From assembly GCA_965644265.1 (NCBI GenBank), contig OZ286460.1:49290001-49354000 (forward strand): a stretch of DNA of 64,000 bases, read 5' to 3'. Numbering within the stretch: position 1 is the first letter of the stretch; every line of letters begins with the position of its first letter. This DNA comes from Glycera tridactyla (Eukaryota). Both the position numbers and the translations under genes were made by a program. Under the pieces are notes generated by a model. That model was given only the letters and a program-made list of their open reading frames with translations. It was not told where the DNA came from and searched no databases. Shown here one piece after another: positions 1-11,808 of the stretch.

Positions 1-1801
1 TTACATTTCCTAACTTCGCATTTCTAGACAAATGTAGAACTTCAAGGGAAGTCAATTCATCGAAGGTTCCACCCTCAACATATTCAATAATGTTATCAGT
101 CATCATCAAAGTACGCAACTTTTTGCAGTTGCTGAAAGATTGGCGCAATGAAACTATTCGATTGAAGTTGAGATGGAGATTTGTGATTCGAGGAACATTT
201 TGAAAAACATTCCTCCCAAGCATATAAATATTATTTGAGTTCAAATACATTTCATCAATATCATTGAGTTGCTGAAGATTTTCTCTCAATATCCGCTTGA
301 TTGCATTACCCTCAAGAGTAATTTTCTGGATGCTCATTGGCAGCCCTAATCTAGGAGCATTTGGAAAAGCTGTGAGATGATTTCTACAAAGCCTAAGCGT
401 TTCTAGTTTGATAAGTGGTGCAAATACATCATTCTGCATATAGACAATTCCATTACCTTGTAGTGACAATTCTCTGACATTCCCCATCGCAGTGAATATG
501 CCAGTGGGCAGGAATTGTATGTCGCTTGTGTCAATCTTGAGTTGTGTGATAACATTGCCTGATAAATGGCCAAACGTTGAAGCTGATAAATTTGATAGAT
601 GTAGACCACTACACTCCAGGTCACTAATTTGACTATGTTGAAGACCATTAAGACCAATCCCTAAGCTCTCTGCATCCAGTGGATTTTCATTCAAGACTAA
701 AGTCTTTAGAAAGGGCATCACTGCAAAAGTATTGGGCTCAATTTCAGACAGGCTGCACTTGGTTAGGTACAAGGCTTGAAGGCCAATTAGATTGAGTTGT
801 TTGAATGTATCATTAGTCAGACGTTGAAGTCTGTTGCCACTGATGTTCAGTATTTTTATATTCTCCAAAAGATGTTTTGAAATATTCTGATTCACTGATG
901 TAATTCTGTTCGCACTCATTTCAAGCGTGTGCAAATGTCGATTCTCATGGATCCAGATTGGCAAAAAAACCTGGAATTGATTGTTACTCAAGAAAAGAAC
1001 TTTGAGAGAGAGCAAAGAAGAAAATACATCATCTTGCAAATATTTGATGGCATTTCCTGATAAATCGAGCGATGTCAGTGCAGGCAGATATTTAAACATC
1101 TGTGAGGAGATTTTCTCAATCTGACATTTATGGAGATAAAGACTGCGTAGCTTGGTCACCCTGAGGGGGAAAAGGTCCTCCCCAGCTATATTTTTCAGTG
1201 GATTGTACGACAAATTGAGTAACAGCAGTCGTTTTAGCTTCTCGAAGCATTCTGGCAATTGCATACTGCTGATATGATTTTTAGTCAATTCTAATGATTC
1301 AAGCATCACCATTGGACATAGGATCTCATATGACAGGTCTTTGATTTGTGTGAATCTAATTTGCAGTTGCTTTACTGAGGACAATTTCATGAAGGTTTCT
1401 GGAGGGATAGTTTTGATTTCGCTTTTAGAGATGGACAATGTAGCAAGATTCTCAACATTATGGAATGCCTGACGGTCGATAGAATTCATTTTATGACTTC
1501 CACATCTGATTGACACAAGAGTATTTGCACTTGATTGAAATGCATTCGCTGGTAAATGAGTCAATTCGAAATCATAAAATCTGAAATGAGTTGTGTTGGG
1601 TGGTAGCCATGGCATAGTATGCCAGAAGCTGGACCAACAAGAGACAGAGTGCATATGATCTCCCTGTATACACTCACAAGTAACTGGACAGGTTTCAGTG
1701 CTCCAGGTTATATGGACCATACTGTTCAGTAATATCAGCAGCACACATTGCTTTCCTTGGGACCCCATGGCTGAGTCACCCAAACTGCTGCCAATATCCA
1801 T
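1..1801 (-). CDS. Intronless LRR receptor ectodomain, probably a Toll-like receptor (partial; continues beyond window start)
   Basis: Hand translation gives 600 stop-free codons from ATG 1801 (second in-frame ATG at 1768). It reads MDIGSSLGDSAMGSQGKQCVLLILLNSMVHITWS (signal-like), then CPVTCEC...VSC (LRR-NT), then repeated LxxLxLxxN motifs such as LESLELTKNHI, LTSLDLSGNAI, LKVLFLSNNQF, LHTLEMSANRI, LKTLVLNENPL, LETLRLCRNHL and LTSLEVLHLSRN. TM and TIR are not in the window, so TLR identity is inferred. Confidence 0.9.
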   Translation of the reverse strand, partial: MDIGSSLGDSAMGSQGKQCVLLILLNSMVHITWSTETCPVTCECIQGDHMHSVSCWSSFWHTMPWLPPNTTHFRFYDFELTHLPANAFQSSANTLVSIRCGSHKMNSIDRQAFHNVENLATLSISKSEIKTIPPETFMKLSSVKQLQIRFTQIKDLSYEILCPMVMLESLELTKNHISSMQLPECFEKLKRLLLLNLSYNPLKNIAGEDLFPLRVTKLRSLYLHKCQIEKISSQMFKYLPALTSLDLSGNAIKYLQDDVFSSLLSLKVLFLSNNQFQVFLPIWIHENRHLHTLEMSANRITSVNQNISKHLLENIKILNISGNRLQRLTNDTFKQLNLIGLQALYLTKCSLSEIEPNTFAVMPFLKTLVLNENPLDAESLGIGLNGLQHSQISDLECSGLHLSNLSASTFGHLSGNVITQLKIDTSDIQFLPTGIFTAMGNVRELSLQGNGIVYMQNDVFAPLIKLETLRLCRNHLTAFPNAPRLGLPMSIQKITLEGNAIKRILRENLQQLNDIDEMYLNSNNIYMLGRNVFQNVPRITNLHLNFNRIVSLRQSFSNCKKLRTLMMTDNIIEYVEGGTFDELTSLEVLHLSRNAKLGNV

Positions 1802-2879
1802 GTAGCTCAATTTATGATTCTTTCACTTGGTTTCCAGAAGCTTCCACTCTGTGGTAATCACGCATAGTTTTTGATCTTTCCTCTTTTTTCTATATGAATT
1901 GGTAGGCCTCCTCATCAGCTATCATATCTTCTCCTCTTTTTTCAAAAATTCACGATCCTCAAAACCAGAATGTGCCACCGAGTTCGACACTAACATCCAC
2001 CATACTCGTTGTGGGATCCTCACTGGAACAACAAACATAAAATATCGGATGGAAAATATCGTCATAGTATTGCGTGAATCCAATATATCAATAGACATTG
2101 AGAGCAATTCAAGTAGGTACTCTCTGATTTCAGTGAATCCAGGGGCAACTATTGAGAATGAATATCCCTCTTTCATTACGAGGTGTCTGGTACAGAAATC
2201 GAATCAATATCTACGATTCAGATAGGCATTGCCTTCCTTACTGGTGGATTTTTCTGTTTTGAGAGACAATGCTGAGAATCAATAAGCCATTATAATAGTT
2301 TCAGGTTAGATATATCATTATCATCCTCGAACGATATGATAATGAAATTAATGGTGTCAGCGGAAGAACGAACAACTTTCGACTCCTTAGCACAGATCAA
2401 CTTCTCAACAGCGAAGAAAAAAATTATAAATTTATATCAAACAGCTAACAGTTGAGGAAATGGTACATACATCTTGTGATGCCCAATAGTAAGTGATGTC
2501 CTGAAAGTGCGTCTCCAAAATCCCCAGCGCAATGCCAAGTCAGATGCTGGGACTACTCTATTCATCCTGGTTACGAAGTGACAGAAGAAATTGATATGAT
2601 ATTCAACCTAGCTCAACTGGGACACCGTTTGATGTATAGACCGTGACTTCCCAATGCCACTAGGGCTAACATAGACCACAAACGCAGTAGATGAGTGCTT
2701 CATGCTTCCGTTAGTGTTGTGTCCTGGTTGAATGGCATTAGATGATTGTCGCATCTAGGTTGTATGAATGCCGTGTGAAAGACACTTCCTTATTACTCCA
2801 ATAGAGGTAGGTTGCTACTCCATTGAGGTGAGTATCCCATCTTCAATGAGACAATTGCAATTTTGTGCAAGAACATTTC

Positions 2880-3113
2880 ATCATCATTATCATTATTGTT
2901 GTTTCTGCTGTTTTTGAGGTTGGTATTGTCGGTGATGGTGATTGATTAATGATTGTTGATGGTGGTGATTCATCTTCTTATTCTTCTTCTTACTATTATT
3001 AATATCATCATCACCATCATTATTATCGTTGTTGTTGTTGCTGCTGTCGTTGTTGTTGATGATTGGTGGTGGTAGTAGTGGTGCCGTCGGTGGCAGTGGC
3101 GGCGATGATGATG
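2880..3113. repeat. Mixed trinucleotide low-complexity tract (CAT/GTT/GAT/GGT)
   Basis: Direct reading. Confidence 0.9.
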
Positions 3114-3445
3114 ATCTGCTGCAGACTGACGCAGAGAGAACCGTCCCACATGCCACGTCAGACCGCCTTCTCGCGATGGCAGCAAAAGAGGCAGCACTTC
3201 TTCGGATATGTAGACCAGGGAATGCGACTCTGATCGATCCAAGCGTTTGGAAATGACACACCACATTTGAATTTGACTGACAGTAATCACATTTCGGCCT
3301 ACGTCATTCGCACCATACTCAGATAATTGGAGAGCCGATAACAGCACTTGGACAGCAGCTTACATGGCAATGTCACGTAATGTATTTCACAACTCAGCTA
3401 ACAAATCATTTCTAGGTAATAGTTATGAGAAACAGGACCCTGAAC

Positions 3446-3460
3446 TTCCCGGAAAATTCC
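3446..3460. promoter_or_regulatory. Overlapping STAT (GAS) and kappaB-like motifs upstream of the LRR receptor gene
   Basis: TTCCCGGAA (3446-3454) overlaps GGAAAATTCC (3451-3460). Motif match only. Confidence 0.3.
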
Positions 3461-4619
3461 AATATGGCACCCTGACCATGTTCTGGGATTCGCTTGGAAG
3501 TCAAATTTCTGACTGATGTGATTGGATTTGACGAGAATATTTGCTGGAAATGGGAGGTTTAGTTCCTCTTAATTGCATGTCATGTTGTGAGGATATATGC
3601 TAACTGCAACATATGTTCTGCATAAGAAAGAGTTAGGACTGTGAATAAGTGGTAAAATTCAACAGAAGTAAAAAGATCTTCGAAACGGTCCTTCATTCGA
3701 AATCGATTATATGTCGAGCGAAAGCAACTGATGACTGATTACAATTTGAATCTGAATTGAATTTGAATTTGATCAACACAGGATTATGTATGCCGTGTAT
3801 TCCTTATCAGTGAAAGCTAGATCTTCAGTACCTGCGGGCATCACTGACAAAAACTCTGAACACTATCTGATATGAACATTGTGCGCCTTACAGTGTGTGT
3901 TAGTGTCTAGTAAGTAAGTAAATTTCCTTCATTCACTTCGTCATTACTGATACATACATCAGTACAATTACCCCTAACTTGGGGCTTCTCCAGATTGACG
4001 AATAACAATGCTGCATGTGGGTAAAGAAAAGAAAATACCCCCTGCAATATCACAAAAAAGTAGAGAAAGTTCTTGACGGGGAGTGCTTTCTTAACCAATG
4101 GTATTCATCAAGAACAACAGAGATGAAGATATACACCGGTTGAAACTAGCTGAATCATTGCCAAGACAGTATTTTGACATTTTCATATGATACTGGCTGG
4201 CTGGGAGACATTGAGTATAACCCCATCAGTCTAACATGACGAAATAATGATTATCTGCTGAGAGTTTAATCTCATAACAGAGGATTGGATCGTATCGATA
4301 GTGGATAATGATTGGCCTCATGACCCCCTATACCTTATCCTTGCTGGTCTTCAGTCTATTTAGTTTAGTTTTACCGCCATGTATCAACCCTAAAGTCATG
4401 TATGCCGTGTGTTCCTGATTAATGAAAGCTAGATTTTCTCTCCATGGCAGGCATCTCTCAACAACCCTGAACAGAAGACGATGGGGAATCTGATAACGTT
4501 GTCAAGCGGTAGTAGCTGACAGTTCAGACACCTCTACCCACTCAACATGGATACATAGGCTATGACATATCTAACTAGATGCACTAAGTGAGTGCGAATG
4601 CCCCCGCAGAGTGCATGCT

Positions 4620-5050
4620 TGTCATAGAAAAACAAGAGGAGAGAAGTGAAATATATGAACAAAGCTAATACATTTTCACAATCAATGACCTCGAAAGTCA
4701 AGATGGCCACCAATATGCCATGGTCTGGGAGAGCCTGTAAACCAAGTTTGAATAACATGTCTTCCCATAGCTTAGGAGAGTCTGTGCACCAAGTTTGAGA
4801 AGGCTAACCTTGAAACTTTGAAGTTATCGTCCGGAAACCGTTTTGACCTCTTTGCATTTCAGTGACCTTAACATTCAGGTGTCTTGGGAGAGTCTGTACA
4901 CCAACCAGTATGAGAAGGCTAACCCTGAAGTGTTTGAGTCATCGTCTGGCGACCAGCGCTCACCCACCCAGCCACCCAGCCACCCAGCCACCCCGGAGTC
5001 GATTCAAAAACATAACGCCACATCCAGTGTTACACACTGCAGGGCATAAC
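4620..5050 (+). mobile_element. Interspersed repeat resembling non-autonomous Helentron/DINE-type elements (fragments also ~5990-6160 and ~40070-40130)
   Basis: Tandem GGAGAGTCTGTACACCAAGTTTGAG-like cores, TGACCTT motifs, (CACCCAGC)n microsatellite and a GGGCATAA end. Family assignment is by layout only. Confidence 0.5.
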
Positions 5051-5393
5051 TATGTACCTGGCTGGAAACTGACACTCTAGCCTGATATTAATGCCTTTTT
5101 TTTTAGCAAAGCGCAGTACTTGAAACAAGGAAGAGCATCAGATTCGGAGAATACTCGACCAATGTGTGTTCTTCAGTCTATAACTACGAGTTACTCGCCT
5201 TAAGCTGGCTGTGAGCTAAGACTTTCCTTGCAAGAATTTCTTCGAAATTGTCCACACTTGCTCAGAATTGCATGCTGACTGCAAGAAGCTTTTGAAAAAT
5301 ACCCCATATCTGGGCTCATTCTTGTGCTATAATCAATTGAATATAGCCTGAAATGTGAGAGAATTAGTGAAATTGACTAGAAATTCTAAAATA

Positions 5394-5552
5394 CAGTCGA
5401 ACCTCCTCTAAAGACCACCTCCATATAAAGACCACCCTCAGCTGCAACCACTGTAGTATTTTCAACAGTAAATGACTTCTTTATAAGGACCACCTCCCTA
5501 TAAAGACCACTTTTTGACGCGACCGAAGGTGGTCTTTATAGAAGTTCGACTG
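5394..5552. mobile_element. Tc1/mariner-type MITE
   Basis: TA|CAGTCGAACC...GAAGTTCGACTG|TA ends, internal GACCACC repeats. Confidence 0.85.
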
Positions 5553-6414
5553 TATCATAAACTGAGATTTTTGGGGTGAATATGATGAGAAATGGTTCTG
5601 GACAACTAGAGGGCTATCGGAGGCTATTTTATGTATGAAATGAATCAGTATTTTGCCCATAGATCAATAATTTACCAAGAATCTCCCTAATACTTTTCTC
5701 AAAAGTTGAATAATGATGTCTTCTTTCGAATGAGAGCAAAAAATACACATGTCACCAGCCAAATTTTTCTCAGATAAGAATTCCGAATCTTGAGAAAATT
5801 CATAAAATGTAGATTTTCTATGGCGATTCCTTCATATGTCATCCACACATTCATGGATTTTCCTCATCATTCTCTCTCCCAATTTGCATGAATTTATATA
5901 TCATCAGATGGTAGAAAGAAGATCTCACTAGGCTGATCTTCTTGCTGTAAATCGCCAACACATCCATCCAATCAAGTATGAGGAGCTAATTTTGACCGTT
6001 TTTCACTCAGTGACCTTGAAATTCAAGATGGCTGCCCCAAATCTGTGGGTGTCTTGCTATGACCTGGGAAAGTCTGTACACCAAGTTTGAGTCTCAAGGC
6101 TATTCCTCAAACTTTAGAAATTATTGTCTGGGAACCATTTTGATACCATGCGCTGCCATCTAGTGTTTCACTTACAAGGCTTTACTTACAAAGTTCTCAG
6201 CAGAAGATGACTCAACCTCAGCTCCCAAACGGCTTAAATAATAAGTTTAGCTACAGCATAAGATTAGAAACAACAAAACAAGGAAGTCAGCATATTTATT
6301 ATTTGATATTTAATTATGTTTGATATATCTTAATATGAGGAGCTTGTACACTCGTTCATATGGTGAGTGTGGACAATCAACACAGCATTTTGAGCATTGA
6401 CAATGTGCATAGAC

Positions 6415-6480
6415 AAAAGAACGCAATCGAGACAAGTAATCTGGGGCACATTTCAACAGGCAGTGAGAATCATCTTCAAT
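6415..6480 (-). pseudogene. Decayed non-LTR retrotransposon ORF2 C-terminal Cys/His motif
   Basis: IEDDSHCLLKCAPDYLSRLRSF resembles the 'ED..H....C..Y...R' motif after the RT domain in LINE ORF2s. No RT found nearby. Confidence 0.4.
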
Positions 6481-9085
6481 GAAATCACCAGTGGACACAG
6501 ACCCAAGCATCTGATGGATATGCATAACCTCTGACCATCTGATGGATATATCATATACATATAATGAAACATACGATATGAGTCAAATCCAACATCGATA
6601 AGCCATTTCAGCAACATATGTGTACTTCTGAGTCCTGGTGTTAGGTGTTGATATGATTTTGATGCAAAACCATGGCAACAGAAGGTGCAACTCAAATTCT
6701 TAATTCAACCCAATTTCATGAAATCTGACGCGGAATTCCCCTCATTTCCCTCCATTCGCAGCTTTGTTGCCGGGTCTCCCTTCTCCTGGGGTGTGAAGGT
6801 CAAAAGTGCCAAGGTACCCAAGAATACAATTATCAGATCTGATGTCAGAAAATCTGATGTGAGACAGGGACACTAATCGTAAGAGGAGCCCGTCGATACT
6901 ACGTACTGGTTGTTGAGAACTGTTGCTCAGCAGGCTGCTCAGTTTGGCTAACCGAAAAAGTTAGCTGCATCCCCTACCAATATTCTCCATCTTGAGTGTG
7001 ACACCAAAGAATGGGGACCCGTTTACTGTTACGAAATGTTGCAAAGCGTTGCATTGGCTGCAACTGAGCATCCTGCTGGGCCTGGTCTAGCTTAGTGACA
7101 ATTGTCAACAATTTTGCGTTCAACTTGTGATATTGTCGACAATTGTCACAGGGCCGAACTTGCTCCTGGTCTGATCTGCAGTAATACCCAATATCATGAG
7201 AATGTGTGTTCTCATAATGAGTGTGCCTTCTGAAATGGCAAACAACAGCTCGATAATGACAGGTTCAGCCAGTTGAACTCGAGAAGTGTGCTGGTAGGAT
7301 TGTATTGTTGGTTGGACACTTATTGGGAGTTTTTGGTATGTATTCCAGATTAAAGATAGCTCGATATTTGGACCCCCGCAAGCTTCACACAAATGAACCC
7401 TGAATCCAGGAATAAGGGAAATTAAGGAAGGTTGTCAAGTGCTTGTCAAGTGGAAGTAGCTGACAGTTCAGAGACACCTAGCTGAGCTAACGTATCTAAG
7501 AGCTCCATTCGATGACTATAGTTGGTATATATACCACAGGAAGCAGTATTCCATCATCCATTCAGATGGTCCATCTGTAACTGGGTATCAACACCACTCT
7601 ACCAGCATCCAATGGAGGAGCATCAATCAATCAACCCTCAAACCCAGCAGCCCAACATAAATGCTTCAGACTAGACAACAAGGACCCTGTATATAATGTA
7701 TACGAAGCATAAAGTATCAGACCCAGACATAAAAGCACCTCATCATCAGAGTGGATTATGTACATATCAAAGCACTTGATTCTGACACCGAGTTATCTGA
7801 CAAAACAACGTTCACACAGGATTATGGATGGTGACTAATGTGCTACCGTGTGGGTACATAACACCAATGGAACATCACCATAGTGACGACACATACAAGT
7901 GATGCAAGGGTGCTGCCATGGCAACCAAACGGCAATGGCGGTGTGATATCCATGAATATAACAAGGATGCTTGACTATGGTGCATCATGAAAATACTTCT
8001 TATGGTTGAGTCAGCATATGGGGTATCACAGAACTGGCAGACAGTTGAGATTCTTGCATCAATTTCATTGTGTGGATACCTGGACAAAATGAAGTAACTT
8101 CTGAAGCTTAAAGGTTTTCACTGACGCATCAAAGTGGGCTGAGAACAAAATATTAGTTAAATCGTATCTTTATGCCACATAATGTCATATTCATTGGTTT
8201 AGGATGGTTGGTAACATCTCGTGAGCACTAGCTTGACCATATCAAGATGGCCAGCAATAGGCATTGGTCAGTTACTATCTGTTTGATGTTGGACATCTTA
8301 CATCTTATACATGTAAAACAAGTGCTTCACACTCATTCTCATCATAGAAACTTTGACTATCTCTGCAATATTCTTAGACATCGAATCTCAACTTGAGACT
8401 TTCTCAACTTATAGAGAAACATGGAGGCAAAAGCATCTAGTTTGTTGGATACTTCTGATTGATGCTATCTCAGCCCAGTGAATCGTGAAAGGTTCTGATT
8501 TTCCTAGTACTGGTGTTATAGCTATTCATGAGTCCAGGATCTACTCCTCCCACTCGCTTTTGGATTTAGTACCGCCTACTCGGCATGTGTTTGTGTGTTT
8601 GCTGAGAACGGGTACTCTTGTGGCTGGTTCTCCATCACTTGTTATAGTACAACCCTAATCTGGTACCACTTTTTTTCCGATCCAAGATAATTGGTCACAC
8701 ACAGTTACCTGCAATGGGCCAGTCACTAGACAACTTCTTCCACTGCCAATGACCTTGGACCACCAGGGCAGTAAAACCTTCAGTTTTCACTGTTTTCCCT
8801 ACACAATAGTGCAAGATACGATACCCACAGACCTGACATACCAGTATCTCATTGACCAAATAATGACCTAAATGGCAAAATGTGACTGCCATTCATACTG
8901 TTATGGAAACATGAAGAATCATAATATTCATCCAATAGCTGATAGAACCCTGCATGATCCTATATTGGCAAGTTCTTACTGTGAAATCGAACCTGCTCCT
9001 GAGCTTTCTCAGTATATCTGGGACTATGAGTTCATATCTTATTCATAAATCGAATGAGATCATTTATAATTTCTATTCAAGATAT

Positions 9086-9136
9086 GAGAGGGAGAGAGAG
9101 AGGGAGAGAGAGAGAGAGAGAGAGAGAAGAGAGAGA
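9086..9136. repeat. (GA)n microsatellite
   Basis: Direct reading. Confidence 0.97.
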
Positions 9137-10914
9137 AGCATTAGCACCAAAAGAATAGCACATGAACAAGCTATCAGCGCACACACTCTTGTATGAAACT
9201 TGCCAAAGCAAATGAGGAAATTACTCCTATATAAAACATACCCAAACACATAAATCCAATCTTGGAAGAAAAAAATCCAAGTACACAACTGAATGAAAAC
9301 ATACTCATTCAATATGGCATAACTGACAACTCAATTGAAACATGGGTCACTTTTCCTGCTATGTTGAGGTTTGATCATCGCTGACAAAATGTGTATTACA
9401 TCAGCCAATACCAATGGGGGGTTTGATATACACTGGATTTCAGAAAAGAATAACAATGAAAAACTGAACAACATTATGTTACAGCTATGAAGTAACAAGC
9501 CTCTTTTGGAATCTACCAACTCAGTACACCCTTCTTTGTTGTTGATAATTCTTTGGGTTGAAATATACAAATAAGACACATACTCAGTAGAAAATGCGCA
9601 ACTGTAAGAAATTCACATAATGCACATAAACATTTCTTCATTTTTGCACAGTATCAGTAAACCCTATGATGCATTACCCATCCCATAACATACATCTTGG
9701 TATACGTCAGTTAACTCTTTGCTAACTGCTATCACTTTTGTTTGATGCTTTCTTATGAATTACATCCAGTTTGGGCTATCTAACAATATGCGGAAACCAT
9801 CTCAAACGTCCATCTTGCATAAAATGCAAAATCTCAGATGCAATGCATGGAAGATAGGTGGACTTGTGTAGTCGTAATGCATATGAGACCACCAAATAAA
9901 TATGTCAGCATGCAGCAGAGAGTTAATATCACTGAAAAAAAGATCAAATATTCAGTTTGTAGAAGTGAACATTTTGCTAGTGATGGCTATATGTGACGTG
10001 TTAAAACATGTGATCAGGATGTGATAGTGTTGATGAAGAGATATAAAAAACCATTGTGATATTCATACATATATATATATACATATACAGCCAGTGTAGT
10101 TACATACCTATTTACAAATTATATATATATATGTATATAATGCAATTTGTGTTTATACGTGCAAGTGCATGTACATGTGCAGAACTGTACATATGTACTG
10201 ATGTAGCATATACAGACAAACTGGGAATGACATAACAATGTTTATCTCAAAAACTTTCAAACGATCTCAACATGAAGCTTCCAACTATCCACAGAAAAAG
10301 ATAAGGCAATATAATCATGGCGTTCTGTTAGTTAATAATAAAATGATATATAATGCACAGACACCACATTCCCAATTGAAACGTATAAATTTCCTAGGAC
10401 TAGTATGCCCTGTTTCTTTATCCCCTGGGAAAAGGCAGTCCACCCATTAAATAAAATCCATGGTGGAACTTGCCCTTCAGGCAGCCACCAGTGAAAGACA
10501 TTACTAAGAGACTACGAGATGTAACAACAACTGTGATTGGTTACTCCCATCACAAGAGCTGTTAAGATGAATGTGATTGGGTGCTGTTGACATGCATTGC
10601 TCTCTTCAGCCAAACCACATGTGTCCCAGTTGTTTACCCATTGTCCTTTCATTGAATAATTGCCAAATGGTGCCTATCCAATATTTTGCTTCACTTGCTT
10701 GATACAACACTCAGTAGAAATCAAGCTTGCATCAACTCAGAACTAGAGCAATATCAAATCATTCTAATAATTCTGTATGTGTCATCAACTGAGACAGATG
10801 TGGAATGGGAAGATAATGATGGAATTACATTCATATATCATGATACCTGCCTGTGTATGTGCATGTGTGTGTGTGTCTATCTATGCCAATTTGTGCATAC
10901 GCGGGAACAAATGT

Positions 10915-11470
10915 NNNNNNNNNNNNNNNNNNNNNNNNNNNNNNNNNNNNNNNNNNNNNNNNNNNNNNNNNNNNNNNNNNNNNNNNNNNNNNNNNNNNNN
11001 NNNNNNNNNNNNNNNNNNNNNNNNNNNNNNNNNNNNNNNNNNNNNNNNNNNNNNNNNNNNNNNNNNNNNNNNNNNNNNNNNNNNNNNNNNNNNNNNNNNN
11101 NNNNNNNNNNNNNNNNNNNNNNNNNNNNNNNNNNNNNNNNNNNNNNNNNNNNNNNNNNNNNNNNNNNNNNNNNNNNNNNNNNNNNNNNNNNNNNNNNNNN
11201 NNNNNNNNNNNNNNNNNNNNNNNNNNNNNNNNNNNNNNNNNNNNNNNNNNNNNNNNNNNNNNNNNNNNNNNNNNNNNNNNNNNNNNNNNNNNNNNNNNNN
11301 NNNNNNNNNNNNNNNNNNNNNNNNNNNNNNNNNNNNNNNNNNNNNNNNNNNNNNNNNNNNNNNNNNNNNNNNNNNNNNNNNNNNNNNNNNNNNNNNNNNN
11401 NNNNNNNNNNNNNNNNNNNNNNNNNNNNNNNNNNNNNNNNNNNNNNNNNNNNNNNNNNNNNNNNNNNNNN
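10915..11470. other. Assembly gap (N run)
   Basis: Run of N; ORF-track entries spanning it are artefacts. Confidence 1.
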
Positions 11471-11745
11471 NTGAGAGAATGAAAATAAGATTTTACCGCA
11501 GATGTGCCGTATATGCACGTGCAATAGAGTTGCGCCTTGGCAGATGACAATACATTTGAATGAATGCAAATCCTTCATGTCCATGGATATTACGTAGCAT
11601 TTTGCATGCATACATATCCCAATGTGTTATATCACTTCAGCCAGCTTATAAAAATGATGAAATGCAAACATCAATCACATGAACATACAAAAAAACTACA
11701 TTTTGGCATTCATACCTGATGCTAATGGGTTGCCAACATTTATCT

Positions 11746-11748
<3 letters not shown>

Positions 11749-11806
<58 letters not shown>
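11749..11806. repeat. (AC)n microsatellite
   Basis: Direct reading. Confidence 0.98.

Positions 11807-11808
<2 letters not shown>

Noticed and set aside
1899-2225. 108-aa plus-strand ORF
   Set aside because: No motif, antisense to the LRR gene leader, and within chance length.
6732-6741. Consensus kappaB sites (also 44305-44314)
   Set aside because: A few such 10-mers are expected by chance in 64 kb, and both are far from a plausible TSS.
10686-11611. Long ORF-track entries of 209-262 aa
   Set aside because: They consist mostly of X from the N gap.
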